A model generated the notes under the pieces. It had not been told where the DNA came from, did no database searches, and saw only the letters and a program-made list of their open reading frames with translations. A stretch of DNA of 19,186 nucleotides from Candidatus Eiseniibacteriota bacterium. GTDB taxonomy: Bacteria > Eisenbacteria > RBG-16-71-46 > DASYSL01. Positions within the stretch are counted from its first letter, which is position 1, and each line of letters starts with the position of its first letter. Shown in pieces: positions 1 to 9,592 of this stretch. The stretch spans positions 1-19,186 of the forward strand of contig JBKJJJ010000098.1 in NCBI GenBank assembly GCA_046598045.1. The letters are read 5' to 3'. The translations under genes were made by a program, and so were the position numbers.

Positions 1-431
1 TCGATGCCGTAGTCGTCGTCGCACCACAGGAAGCCACCGCCCTCGAGGTAGCGGCGCAGGCGCTCGACCTCGGCGGGGGTGAACTTCACATTGCCGTGCC
101 CGGCCATGAACACCATCGGGTAGTTGAACAGCGCCTCGTCCGTGGGCGAGACCACGGGCGCGTCCTCGACGCCGGTCGGCACGCCCGCGCGCTCGCGCAG
201 GCCGGACAGGAGGTTGCGCAGCGACCCCTGGTCGCCGTACCAGTCGCCGCCCCCGCCATACTTGAGGCGCGCGATCGTGTACTCCGAGCGCTCCGCCCCG
301 GCGGCGGACGCGCGTCCGGGCAACGCCACCAGGGCCACGAACGCGAGAGCGAGCCCGGCCGCGGTCGCGGCCAGCCCGGCCGGCGTGACCCGGCGTTCCC
401 GTCCCGGCTCCCTCGTGGTCGCGTTCGCCAT
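1..431 (-). CDS. DUF4159-like domain protein, N-terminal part (runs off the window's left edge)
   Basis: Not in the ORF track; translated by hand from ATG at 431, preceded by GGAGG: MANATTREPG...ALAFVALVALPGRASA...IARLKYGGGGDWYGD..SLRNL...LFNYPMVFMAGHGNVKF...LRRYLEGGGFLWCDDDYGI. The motifs ARLKY-GGGDWY, GHGN and GGFL..DD.YG match what I recall of DUF4159. There is an N-terminal hydrophobic signal. Confidence 0.8.
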   Translation of the reverse strand, partial: MANATTREPGRERRVTPAGLAATAAGLALAFVALVALPGRASAAGAERSEYTIARLKYGGGGDWYGDQGSLRNLLSGLRERAGVPTGVEDAPVVSPTDEALFNYPMVFMAGHGNVKFTPAEVERLRRYLEGGGFLWCDDDYGI

Positions 432-630
432 GGCTGCCTCCCGAACTCCGGATCCTGGTGCGCTTGCGCGTGCCCATGAGTCTACCCCCGCCGGGGGGGC
501 GGGTTCCTCAGCCGAAACCGCGCCTGACGCCGAGTTTGCCGCCCCGTGACAGGGCGTGGCGAGCCGGAAACGCAAACCGCCCGGCTCGAGGGATCGAGCA
601 GGGCCGGCGTGGATCAGGCGGCGTGGGAGA

Positions 631-1386
631 TTACTGAACGATCAGGGCCCGCGAGGCTGCCGTGCGGCCGAACAGGCGGTTCGCGTTGTCGACCGCCTGC
701 ACATCCCAGCGGTAGAAGAGGCCGGCGCGCAGGGGCAGGTCCTCGAGCCTTAGGCCCGGGCTGACCTCGACCTGGTGGCTGGTCGCGGTCGTGAATACGA
801 GGTAGGCGACGCCGTTGCGGCCGATGATCCGCAGCAGGTAGCCGGCCGCGCCCGGCGTCGGCGCCCAGGTCAGCGTCGGGATCGAGTCCACTTGCGCCGA
901 GTCCACCGGGGCGAGCAGGGTCACGTCGACCCGGCGCGCGAGCTCGGTGGCCGAGGCGGCGAGCGGCACCACGGCGTAGTTCGTCAGCGGCGCGGAGGCG
1001 CTTTCGAGCCCGTGCCGCGCACCGCGTCCGACGTAGGAGTTCGCGCCGGAAAGGTCGAGCACGTTGGAGCGGATCCGGTACAGGCTCCAACCGGTCGAAT
1101 AGGTCTTCGTCGGCGCCGCCACGAAGTCGGCCGCCGGCCGGAAGCCTGCGCCCGCCGGATCGACGTAGAGCCGGAACCCGTCCGTCGGCGAGGAGTCGTA
1201 GATCAAGCCATCCGCGGCGACCACCGTCGAGTCATCCGGCACCACCGGCTGGACATCGAGGAGGAGCAGCGAGGACGCCGCCTGGCCCTCGGGCACGTAA
1301 CCGTCGGGGCTGCCGGTGTTGTTGCCGCAACCGAACGCCGCCAACGCCAGGAACAGGGCCGAGGCCGCGGTGAGCTTCCGGGTCAT
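631..1386 (-). CDS. Putative lipoprotein, function unknown (251 aa)
   Basis: ORF 631..1407. The ATG at 1386 is preferred because AAGGA lies upstream. It has the signal MTRKLTAASALFLALAAFG-C (lipobox) and a beta-rich C-terminus (LTW...AAGYLLRI...FYRWDVQAVD) reminiscent of an Ig/Fn3-like fold. Immediately downstream of secF. Confidence 0.7.
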   Translation of the reverse strand: MTRKLTAASALFLALAAFGCGNNTGSPDGYVPEGQAASSLLLLDVQPVVPDDSTVVAADGLIYDSSPTDGFRLYVDPAGAGFRPAADFVAAPTKTYSTGWSLYRIRSNVLDLSGANSYVGRGARHGLESASAPLTNYAVVPLAASATELARRVDVTLLAPVDSAQVDSIPTLTWAPTPGAAGYLLRIIGRNGVAYLVFTTATSHQVEVSPGLRLEDLPLRAGLFYRWDVQAVDNANRLFGRTAASRALIVQ

Positions 1387-1409
1387 GCCGTTTCCTTTCG
1401 GCGTCATGG

Positions 1410-2330
1410 TCAGGCCGCCTTGGCGCGGACCACGCCCTTCTTCTTGTCGAGCCAGTTCCAGATGTCGAGCGCGAGGCCCGAGGCCACGTAGATCGACGAG
1501 TAGGTGCCGAACACGACGCCCGCGAGCATGCAGAGCGCGAAATCGTTGATGACCTCGCCGCCGAACAGGAACAGCGCGAGCGTGGCGAGAAACACCGTGA
1601 GCGAGGTGATGATCGTGCGCGAGAGCGTCTCGTTCATCGCGGTGTTCATCATCTCCTCGTGGCTCAGCTTGTGGAGCTGTTTCGAGCGCTCTCGAATGCG
1701 GTCGAACACCACGATCGTGTCGTTGATCGAGTAGCCGGCGAGCGTGAGCAGCGCCGCGATCACGGTGAGCGAAACCTCGCGATGGAGGAACAGGATCACC
1801 CCGAGCGCCGCGAACACGTCGTGGAAGAGCGCGATCACGGCGCCGAGCGCGAACTTGAACTCGTAGCGGATTCCCACGTACAGGAGGATCGCGCCGAGCG
1901 AGAAGAGCACGGCCCAGATGGCCTTGCTGCGCAATTCCGCGCCGATCTTCGGGCCCACCGCCTGGATGCCCCGGAATGTCGGGTTCGAGTCGGGCGCCAC
2001 CTTGACCAATGCGTCATGCACCTTCACGAACGGGTCGCCTTCGATGCCGATCGGCAGCCGGATCAGGAACTCGTTGTCCGTCCCGGAGGCCTGGATCTCG
2101 GCCCCGGGAAACCCCGCGGCGTCGATCGCGTGGCGCACGACGTCGGCGTGCATCGGCTTCGCGGTCTGGATCTGGAGCATCGTGCCGCCGGTAAAGTCCA
2201 CCGAGTAGCGCGGCCCCCCGTGCACCACCAGCCAGCCGATCGTCGCCAGCATGACGAGACTCGAGAATATGTAGAAGTACCGGCGGTACTTCATGAAGGG
2301 GATCTTGGTTTCGTGCAGGATCTGGATCAT
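1410..2330 (-). CDS. secF: Protein translocase subunit SecF
   Basis: Motifs SVDFTGGT, VGPKIGAEL, ALFHDV, GYSINDTIVVFDRIRE, TLSRTIITS and GTYSSIYVA. Confidence 0.97.
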   Translation of the reverse strand: MIQILHETKIPFMKYRRYFYIFSSLVMLATIGWLVVHGGPRYSVDFTGGTMLQIQTAKPMHADVVRHAIDAAGFPGAEIQASGTDNEFLIRLPIGIEGDPFVKVHDALVKVAPDSNPTFRGIQAVGPKIGAELRSKAIWAVLFSLGAILLYVGIRYEFKFALGAVIALFHDVFAALGVILFLHREVSLTVIAALLTLAGYSINDTIVVFDRIRERSKQLHKLSHEEMMNTAMNETLSRTIITSLTVFLATLALFLFGGEVINDFALCMLAGVVFGTYSSIYVASGLALDIWNWLDKKKGVVRAKAA

Positions 2331-2348
2331 GGCTCGGTCCTCCCGGCG

Positions 2349-3932
2349 TCAGATGGACAGCCGGTTCAGCGTCCGGCGATGGGTGATGAGATCGTAGATC
2401 AGGCGCGTGAAGAACACCGCGGTGAACAGGTTCGCGATCAGGCCCAGCGCCAGCGTCACGGCGAAGCCCTTGATCGGCCCGGTCCCGAACTGGAACAGGA
2501 ACGCGGCCGAGAGCAGCGTGGTCACGTGGGCGTCGAGGATCGTGCGGAACGCGTTCTTGTAGCCGAGCTCGATCGAGGAGCGGATCGACTTGCCGTGCCG
2601 CATTTCCTCGCGGATGCGCTCGAGGATCAGGACGTTGGTGTCGACCGCCATGCCGACCGTGAGCACGATGCCGGCGATGCCGGGCATGGTCAGCGTCGAC
2701 TTGAACCCGGCCATGCCGGCGAACAGGAGCACCAGGTTGAGCAGCAGCGCGCCGACCGCGATCAGGCCCGAGCCCTGGTAGTAGATCGCCATGAACAGCA
2801 CGACCAGCAGCGTCCCGATCCACGCGGCCTTGAAGCCGGCATCGATCGAGTCCTGGCCGAGCGAGGGTCCGACCGAGCGCTCCTCGATGATCCGCACCGG
2901 GGCGGGCAGCGCGCCGGCCTTGAGCACGATCTCGAGGTCCTTCGCGGACTTGGCGTCGAACGAGCCGGTGATCGAGGCATTGCCGCCCGGGATGCGCTCG
3001 CGGATCGAGGGCGCCGAGCGCACCTGGTCGTCGAGCACGACCGCAAGCTGGCGGCCGACGTTGGCCGCAGTGACGCGCGCGAAGTCGGACTGGCCCTTGC
3101 CGGCCATCTTCATCGAAACGCCCCACGCGCCGGGCTGGTTCTGGTCGAGCTGGTTGCTCATCGCGGCGGTCGAGACCGAGCCGCCGGTCATCTCGGGCTC
3201 CTTCTTGACCGCGTAGATCCAGCGCCCGGTGCGGCCGGAGCGCGCCTCGTCGTTGCTCCACAGGATCTGCGAGTCGCCCGGCACGTTCGCCGCGAGGAAC
3301 GCGGAATCGAGCATCGCGGTGGCCTTCGGCACATCGGGCAGCGCGATGAACCCGCCGCCGCCGTAGGCGTCGATGAACAGCGAGGTCAGCGGCTTGGACA
3401 CGCTCGTCGTGTCGACGGACGCCAGGGCGGTGTCGACCGGGGCGCGGCCCCGCGCGGCGAGCGCCGCGTCGAGCCGGTTGAAGATCGACTGCGCCTCGTC
3501 GGGAGTGCGCACGAGCTTGAACTCGAGCAGCGCGGTCTTGCCGATCAGGTCCTTGGCGCGCTCGCGATCCGAGATGCCGGGCAACTGGACGACGATGCGG
3601 TCCGTGCCCTCCTTCTGGATGATCGGCTCGGCCACGCCGAACTGGTCGACGCGGTTCCGGATGACCTCGATCGCGCGGTCGACGGCGCCCTTCGCCTCTT
3701 CGGGCGGGAGCTTGCTGCGGTCGACCTCGAGCACGAGGTGCATGCCGCCCTGCAGGTCGAGCCCGAGCGGGATCGCCTGGTCGCGCAGCTTCGCGGCCGG
3801 AGTTTCCTTGGTCGCCGTCAGCCGCTCTTTGACCGGCAGCTGGTAGAACTGGAACGACGGCCAGAGGGCAACGGCCGACGCCACGAGGGCGGCGGCGACG
3901 AGCAAGCTCTTCCACTGAATCGACTGGTTCAT
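2349..3932 (-). CDS. secD: Protein translocase subunit SecD
   Basis: Motifs LGLDLQGG, RVDQFGVAEP, VGPSLGQDSI, GMAVDTNVLILERIREE and FGTGPIKGFA; adjacent to secF. Confidence 0.97.
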   Translation of the reverse strand: MNQSIQWKSLLVAAALVASAVALWPSFQFYQLPVKERLTATKETPAAKLRDQAIPLGLDLQGGMHLVLEVDRSKLPPEEAKGAVDRAIEVIRNRVDQFGVAEPIIQKEGTDRIVVQLPGISDRERAKDLIGKTALLEFKLVRTPDEAQSIFNRLDAALAARGRAPVDTALASVDTTSVSKPLTSLFIDAYGGGGFIALPDVPKATAMLDSAFLAANVPGDSQILWSNDEARSGRTGRWIYAVKKEPEMTGGSVSTAAMSNQLDQNQPGAWGVSMKMAGKGQSDFARVTAANVGRQLAVVLDDQVRSAPSIRERIPGGNASITGSFDAKSAKDLEIVLKAGALPAPVRIIEERSVGPSLGQDSIDAGFKAAWIGTLLVVLFMAIYYQGSGLIAVGALLLNLVLLFAGMAGFKSTLTMPGIAGIVLTVGMAVDTNVLILERIREEMRHGKSIRSSIELGYKNAFRTILDAHVTTLLSAAFLFQFGTGPIKGFAVTLALGLIANLFTAVFFTRLIYDLITHRRTLNRLSI

Positions 3933-4058
3933 TCGAACACCCAGGGTGCGTATGGGAGACTTAAGGCGGGCATGAGCCGAGCCCGCGCCCCAAGGCCGTG
4001 AGGGCCGAGGGCCGACGACAGAGGCCCGGCAAACCGACTTCGAAAAGCCGAGAGCGGG

Positions 4059-4088
4059 AGTCTAGCGGCCCGGCCGAGCGGTTGTCAA
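4059..4088 (-). promoter_or_regulatory. Candidate sigma70-type promoter for the secD-secF-lipoprotein operon
   Basis: Minus strand reads TTGACA (4088-4083), an 18-nt spacer, then TAGACT (4064-4059), about 125 nt upstream of the secD start. Confidence 0.6.
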
Positions 4089-4139
4089 CGCCCGTGAAAC
4101 AAGCGACTTACGTCGCCCGGCCGGACCTCAGGACGGGGC

Positions 4140-5600
4140 CTAGCGGAGCCGGCCCGGGGTGACGATCTTGAGCAACTGGCCCTGGCGGACGGGGTCGCCC
4201 GCCGCGACCCCGTTCAGGATCGCGGTTTCGGCCAGCGAGGCGCCCTGCGCGCCCAGCCCGGTGACCACCGACTCGAACGTGCCCGCGCGCGGCGCCGGGA
4301 CGATCTTGAGGTGCGCCGGGGTGGCCGAGAGCCGGTTCGCGTCCGTGAGCGTTCGGATCGAGCGCGCCGCGGCGATGATCGCCTGCTCGTTCGCATCGCC
4401 GGCCGCCCGGGTCTGCCCGAGCACCTGGAACGCCCGGGATCCGGTTTGGCGGACAATGGCCAGCACGAGCACCCCGGTCCGGCCCTGGTCGTCCTTGACC
4501 GTGACGCGCCCGACCCAGGCGGGCTGGCCGTTGACGGTCTCGCTCCGGCCCTCGGAGCTGACGATCTTCCCCGAGGAGGCAAGCTGGGCGACGAACTGCC
4601 CCGGCGAGAGGTTGCCGAGGTCGACCAGCGAGAGCTGCATGAGCGCGGACTGGTCGGACAGTCCCGCCATCACGGTCTGGCGCGTGTTCTGGTGCTGCCA
4701 GCCCGCAGGGAAGTCCATGTAGAACGTGAGCCCCGGGTCGTAGAAGCGATCGCCCTCGAAGTAGCCCTGCTGGGGGTCCGGCCCGAAGACCATCCCGTCG
4801 AGCGCGCGCACGAAGCCGTCGTGGTCGATCTTGAGGTCGGTCCGCGCCCCCACCGCGGTGGCAGCGAGCTGGCGCACCGTGCCCTCGCGCGATGCGGGGT
4901 CGGGGTGGGTCGAGAGGTAGTTCGGCAGGCTCGTGCCGGCGGCGGCGCTGATGCGCCCCAGCGCGCGGTACGTCCCCGCCATCTCGCGCGCGTCCCAGCC
5001 GCCCTTGACCGAGTACTGGACGCCGAGCGCATCGGCCTCGTTCTCCTGGTCGCGGCTGTACTTGAGGAACAGCAGCCCGAGCCCGCTCTGCGCGACCTGT
5101 CCGAACTTCGCGACCGTGGGCGAGAGCGCCCCGGCGACGCCGAGGCCGAGGTTCGTGAGCGCCTGGCGGCTGGCCTGCCGGTTGTAGTGGCGCGCGGTGA
5201 CATGCCCGCACTCATGCCCGAGTACGCCGGCCAGCTGCGCCTCGTTGTTCATGTACGGGAGGATGCCGCGCGTGATGAAGATGTACCCGCCCGGCGCGGC
5301 GAACGCGTTGACCGACGCGTCGTCGACCACGTGGAACTGCCACTCCAGCGTCGGCACGTGCGAGACCGACGCCAGCTTCTGCCCGACCGTGTTGACGCGC
5401 GCAGCCCAGCCGGCGTCGGGATAGAAGCCGTACTCGGCCTCGGTCGCCGCGAGCGCCTCCTTGCCGGCCGCGACCTCCTGCGCCCCGCTGACGAGCGAAA
5501 TTTCATTCCTGCCGGTGACCGGGTTGGTGGCGCATCCCAACGCCAGCCCGAACAGGGCAAGCGCAAGGAACGAGGCGATGATGGCTTGTGAGTGACGCAT
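4140..5600 (-). CDS. M48 family zinc metalloprotease lipoprotein (BepA/LoiP-like N-terminal domain) with C-terminal LysM-like domain
   Basis: Lipobox LALG-C-ATNPVTG, NAFAAPGG, HECGH (HExxH), YSRDQENEAD and STHP. The C-terminus (AILNGV...GQLLKIV) is LysM-like. Confidence 0.9.
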   Translation of the reverse strand: MRHSQAIIASFLALALFGLALGCATNPVTGRNEISLVSGAQEVAAGKEALAATEAEYGFYPDAGWAARVNTVGQKLASVSHVPTLEWQFHVVDDASVNAFAAPGGYIFITRGILPYMNNEAQLAGVLGHECGHVTARHYNRQASRQALTNLGLGVAGALSPTVAKFGQVAQSGLGLLFLKYSRDQENEADALGVQYSVKGGWDAREMAGTYRALGRISAAAGTSLPNYLSTHPDPASREGTVRQLAATAVGARTDLKIDHDGFVRALDGMVFGPDPQQGYFEGDRFYDPGLTFYMDFPAGWQHQNTRQTVMAGLSDQSALMQLSLVDLGNLSPGQFVAQLASSGKIVSSEGRSETVNGQPAWVGRVTVKDDQGRTGVLVLAIVRQTGSRAFQVLGQTRAAGDANEQAIIAAARSIRTLTDANRLSATPAHLKIVPAPRAGTFESVVTGLGAQGASLAETAILNGVAAGDPVRQGQLLKIVTPGRLR

Positions 5601-5614
5601 GGGTACCTCCCGGC

Positions 5615-6355
5615 TCAGTGGTGGGTGCGGTTCGCGCGGCCGGGAACGAGGCGCCGCACGGTTTCCGATGACAGGTCCCCGACCAGGACCACGCTGGCCA
5701 TGCCGACGAACAGCCCGTGCTCGAGCAAGCCCGGAATCCCGTCGAGTTGCGCCGCCAGCGCCGCCGGGTCCTCGATCCTGCCGAAGCGGGCGTCCAGGAT
5801 GCGGTTGCCGAGCTCGGTCACGAACGGGGTGTCGGCACCGCCCCGCATGGCGGGCGCCGCGCCGAGTTCCTCGAGCCGGCGCGAGACCAGCGGCACCGCC
5901 TCGCTCAGGACCTCGATCGGCACCGCAAAGGTCTCGCCCAGGCGGTGGACGAGCTTGGTCTCATCGACCAACACGACAAAGCGCGCGGCCGACGCGGCCA
6001 CGATCTTCTCGCGCGTGTGCGCGCCCCCTCCGCCCTTGATCAAGTCGAGCGAGGGCGCGACCTCGTCCGCCCCGTCGACCGCGAGATCGAGACGCGGCGA
6101 CTCGACCAGGGGCTTGACCGACAGGCCCGCCTTGACGGCCAGCGCCTCGGTCGCTTGCGAGGTCGCGACGCACGTCACGCCAAGCCGCTCGGCCTTGGCG
6201 CGCGCGGCGAGACGCTCGACGAAGCGGCGCGCCGTATCCCCGGTGCCGAGTCCGACGACCATGCCCGGCTCGACCAGCAGGAGCGCGGCCTCGGCCACGC
6301 GATCGCGCGCGGCCGCGGCTTCCGGCGATAGCCCGGGCGCGTGCGCGCGACTCAA
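5615..6355 (-). CDS. rpiA: Ribose-5-phosphate isomerase A
   Basis: Motifs VGLGTGDT, DGADEV, LIKGGGGAHTREKIVA and EHGLF. The likely start is TTG at 6355, overlapping the upstream stop (TTGA); the start is less certain than the product. Confidence 0.93.
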   Translation of the reverse strand: MSRAHAPGLSPEAAAARDRVAEAALLLVEPGMVVGLGTGDTARRFVERLAARAKAERLGVTCVATSQATEALAVKAGLSVKPLVESPRLDLAVDGADEVAPSLDLIKGGGGAHTREKIVAASAARFVVLVDETKLVHRLGETFAVPIEVLSEAVPLVSRRLEELGAAPAMRGGADTPFVTELGNRILDARFGRIEDPAALAAQLDGIPGLLEHGLFVGMASVVLVGDLSSETVRRLVPGRANRTHH

Positions 6356-7272
6356 TGCGCTTCCTCGCTCCACGACTCGCCGGCCGGGATCCGGATCTTG
6401 AGCCGGTTCTCGAGCGGCGGAATCGGGCAGTTGTAGTGCGGCGAGTACGAGCACGACGGGTTGTACGCGCGGTTCAGGTCCACGAGGTACCTGCCGTCCG
6501 CCTGCTGCTCGACGTCGACGTAGCGGCCCCCGTGGTAGGAGCCACGCCCACAGGTTGCGTCCATGAAGAACAGCCCCAGGTCCTCGTTGCCGACGCCGGG
6601 CTCGAGCAGGCGGTAGGCGGCGAGCTTCACGGCCTTGCCATCGATCCGGAGCGTGAAGCGCCCGACGCGCAGCGCGGGCCGCGGCTGCCCCTGCGTGGAC
6701 TCGATCAACACGGTGTCGGCCTTGCCCTCGCGTGCGAGCGGCACGATCAAGCGGTAGCGCCGCGCATAGGGCCAGTAGGTCGGACCCCGAAACGCGGCGG
6801 TCCCCGGCTTCCCGGGATCGAACACGATCACGGCCGGCGCGTTCTGGTACGAGAGGCGCATCCTGAATCGCCCGATCCCGATCGCCGAGGGCGGCAGGTC
6901 GGCCTCGCGCTTCGCCTCGCCCTTGACGTCGAAGGTCGCGCCGGAGTCGAGCGCCTCGACGCGGAAGCCCGCCCCGTCGATGCGCACGCGCGCGTGGTGC
7001 GCGAACACGCTCGAGTCGGCGAGCACGACGCCGTTGTCCGCCGCCGACCCGATCGTCAGCCAGCCCGTTCGCGGGACGTCCTCGCGCAGGATCGTGGCGA
7101 GCGGTGACATCGCGTTCTCGTGGAAGAACGAGACGGTCTCGGCGCGGTCCTTGAGCGCGGCGGTCTCGAACGTGTCGGCGGGCGCGGCGGGCGTCGCCGG
7201 CGATGCAGCGCGCGACGCAATCAAGAGCAGCAGCATCGCGACGGAATGAACCAGCAATCGCTTGGCGGCCAT
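6352..7272 (-). CDS. DUF1684 domain protein with signal peptide
   Basis: C-terminal motifs FMDATCGRGSYHGGRY and DLNRAYNPSCSYSPHYNCPIPPLENRL...AGE are typical of DUF1684. Start set at ATG 7272 (MAAKRLLVHSVAMLLLLIAS..., signal-like); the longer track ORF overlaps nhaA. Confidence 0.85.
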   Translation of the reverse strand: MAAKRLLVHSVAMLLLLIASRAASPATPAAPADTFETAALKDRAETVSFFHENAMSPLATILREDVPRTGWLTIGSAADNGVVLADSSVFAHHARVRIDGAGFRVEALDSGATFDVKGEAKREADLPPSAIGIGRFRMRLSYQNAPAVIVFDPGKPGTAAFRGPTYWPYARRYRLIVPLAREGKADTVLIESTQGQPRPALRVGRFTLRIDGKAVKLAAYRLLEPGVGNEDLGLFFMDATCGRGSYHGGRYVDVEQQADGRYLVDLNRAYNPSCSYSPHYNCPIPPLENRLKIRIPAGESWSEEAH

Positions 7273-7308
7273 GAGCGCTCTCGCAGGGGGTGAATGGTTT
7301 GAGTCTCC

Positions 7309-7337
7309 ACCTTGCGAGCGGGAGCCCGGGGTGTCAA
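7309..7337 (-). promoter_or_regulatory. Possible internal sigma70-type promoter upstream of DUF1684-rpiA-M48
   Basis: TTGACA (7337-7332, overlapping the nhaA stop), a 17-nt spacer, then CAAGGT (7314-7309). The -10 element is weak. Confidence 0.35.
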
Positions 7338-8560
7338 GTCCGCGCCTCTCTGACGGACGCGCGGGCCAGCCCCTGGCGCAGGAGCAGCGCGCCCGCGATC
7401 GCCGAAATCGTCGATGCGGTGAGGATCCCGATCTTCGCCAGCGGCTCGAGTTCGCTCCCGCCGCGGAACGAAAGCGACGCGACGAACAGCGCGACCGTGA
7501 ACCCGATGCCCGCGAGCATCCCGACGCCTGCCATCTGGAACCAGCCCGTGCCACGGGGCAGCTTCGCCCAGCCGAGCCGCACCGTCAGCCACGACAGGAG
7601 GAGGATGCCGATCGGTTTGCCCGCGAGCAACCCGACCGAGACGCCCGCCGCGACCGGCTGGGCGAGCGAGGCGAGCGACATGCCCTGCAGCGCGACCCCC
7701 GCGTTGGCGAGCGCGAACAGCGGCATGACGAGCCACGTCACCCACGGCTTGAGTGCGTGCTCGAGCGTCTCGAGCGGCGAGTCGGCGAAGTTCGCGTCGC
7801 CCGCCTTGCCGAGCGGGATCGTGCACCCGAACGCGACCCCGGCGATCGTGGCGTGGACGCCCGAGGCGTGCATGAAGAACCAGAGAAAGGGCGCCACCGC
7901 GAGGTAGACCCCGAGCCGCTTGACCCCGGCGCGCTGGAGCACGGCGAGCAGCACCACGAGGCCGGCCGAGGTCCACAGCGCGCCGAGGTTCAACTGCGCG
8001 GTGTAGAACACGGCGATCACGAGCACGGCTCCGAGGTCGTCGGCGATCGCGAGCGCGGCGAGGAACACGGTGATCCCGCGCGGCACTCCCGGCCCGAGCA
8101 GTGCGAGCACGCCGAGCGAGAACGCGATGTCGGTCGCCATCGGGATGCCCCAGCCGTGCGCGCCCGGCCCGCCGTGGTTGAACGCGGCGTAGATCAGCGC
8201 AGGCGCGATCATGCCACCGAGCGCGCCCGCGATCGGGAGCGCGGCGCGGCGCGGGTCCTTGAGCTCGCCGGCGAGAAACTCGCGCTTGATCTCCATGCCG
8301 ACCACGAGGAAGAACACCGCCATCGCGAGGTCGTTGATCCAGTGCAGCACCGACAGGTCGAGCGCCACCGGCCCGATCGCGACCGGCAGGGGCGTCGCCA
8401 GGAGCGCGAAGTACGAGCCGCCCCACGGCGAGTTCGCCCACGCCATCGCGAGCACCGCGCAGGCGATCAGCGCCACGCCACCGGGCGCGTCGCCCGGGAA
8501 CAGTTCGCGCAAAGGGTCGAAGATCGGGTGTCGAGGGCGTCCGGCGTCGCGGGCGCTCAA
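7334..8560 (-). CDS. nhaA: Na+/H+ antiporter NhaA
   Basis: C-terminal part of the 914-aa track ORF: WANSP, HWINDLAMAVFF, GMEIKRE, GWGIPMATDIAF, LAIADDLGAV, SGVHATIAG, PLFALANAG, GKPIGI and GIGFT. The likely start is TTG at 8560, overlapping the CPBP stop (TTGA). Confidence 0.95.
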   Translation of the reverse strand: MSARDAGRPRHPIFDPLRELFPGDAPGGVALIACAVLAMAWANSPWGGSYFALLATPLPVAIGPVALDLSVLHWINDLAMAVFFLVVGMEIKREFLAGELKDPRRAALPIAGALGGMIAPALIYAAFNHGGPGAHGWGIPMATDIAFSLGVLALLGPGVPRGITVFLAALAIADDLGAVLVIAVFYTAQLNLGALWTSAGLVVLLAVLQRAGVKRLGVYLAVAPFLWFFMHASGVHATIAGVAFGCTIPLGKAGDANFADSPLETLEHALKPWVTWLVMPLFALANAGVALQGMSLASLAQPVAAGVSVGLLAGKPIGILLLSWLTVRLGWAKLPRGTGWFQMAGVGMLAGIGFTVALFVASLSFRGGSELEPLAKIGILTASTISAIAGALLLRQGLARASVREART

Positions 8561-9441
8561 GCGCAGGCCTCGTCGGAGCGAACCGGAAGATCCGGGCGCG
8601 GCGCGCGCCTCAGGATCCAGCCCAGCGCGAGCAGCGCGACCGCGCTGCCGACCAGCAGCGCGAGCCACTGCGCCGCGGGCGATTGGGTGGCGTCGTCCAG
8701 GCCGAGCACGAGCGTGACCACCGAGACCGTGTTGTTGACGACGTGCGCCGCGATCGCCGGCCCGAGACTGTCGGCCGCCCAGGCGGACGCGCCGATGAAC
8801 AGCCCGAACGTGAACGCGAACACCGCGTGGTGCAATTCGCCGTGCGCGAGCCCGAACAGGAATGCCGAGACGGCGATGCCGACCATCGCGCCGTAGCGCG
8901 CCACCAGCCGGCGCTGCAGGTAGCCGCGGAAGAACAGCTCCTCGCACGTGGCCGAGAGCGCGCCGATGACCAGCACAGAGAGCGCGACCATCGGGCCGCG
9001 CGCGCCGGCGAGCGTGTGCAGCAGCGCCTCGAGCGCATCGCCGCGGCCGAAGCCCGTGAGCTGGAAGGCCGCGTCCACCGCCTGGCTCAGGCCGAGCGCG
9101 CCGATCGGCACGATCCACCAGCCCGCCGCGCCGAGGCGCGAGCGCCGGAAGCCGAGGCGTTTCGAGACCGCCACCGGGGACAGGACGCCCGCCACGATCG
9201 CGACCAGCCCGGTCCACGCCGCCGCGATCGTCGCGGCGAGCAGGAAACCGGGCAGGGTCCCGTAGAAGTGGTCGAGCTGGCCGGGCGCGGGCAGGAGGCC
9301 GCCCGCCAGGACGGAGCGGCTGGACAGGAGAAAATAGCCCGTGAGCACGAACGGCCCGAGCGCGATCATCCCGAGGACCAGGGCGGCGCACGCCGCGAGC
9401 AGCGTCCAGATGCGAGGGGGGCGCGCGTGGGGATCGGTCAA
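8557..9441 (-). CDS. CPBP (CAAX/Abi) family intramembrane metalloprotease
   Basis: Motifs EELFFRG, FGLAH and H-VVNN in a polytopic hydrophobic protein; TTG start preceded by GGGAGG. Confidence 0.9.
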   Translation of the reverse strand: MTDPHARPPRIWTLLAACAALVLGMIALGPFVLTGYFLLSSRSVLAGGLLPAPGQLDHFYGTLPGFLLAATIAAAWTGLVAIVAGVLSPVAVSKRLGFRRSRLGAAGWWIVPIGALGLSQAVDAAFQLTGFGRGDALEALLHTLAGARGPMVALSVLVIGALSATCEELFFRGYLQRRLVARYGAMVGIAVSAFLFGLAHGELHHAVFAFTFGLFIGASAWAADSLGPAIAAHVVNNTVSVVTLVLGLDDATQSPAAQWLALLVGSAVALLALGWILRRAPRPDLPVRSDEACA

Positions 9442-9592
9442 GTCCGGCGGCCTCCCTGCTCAAGCCACTGTGGGGTGGAGCGTTGCCACGCGCCGGGGAC
9501 TTCCGGGCGGGCGGCGGTGCTAGGATAGCTGCACTACTCCAACTCGTGCACCCGGGTTTCCGCGGCTCGCATCGACCACAGGAGGACGCACC

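Noticed and set aside
4028..4060. GGCAAACC...GAAA segment resembling a c-di-GMP-I (GEMM) riboswitch
   Set aside because: It is on the strand opposite to secD, the stem pairing is poor, and the GRCGCAAA/P2 elements are missing.
4095..4102. GTGAAACA / TGTTTCAC (also at 12476) as parS sites
   Set aside because: Only half of the 16-bp parS palindrome is present in each case.
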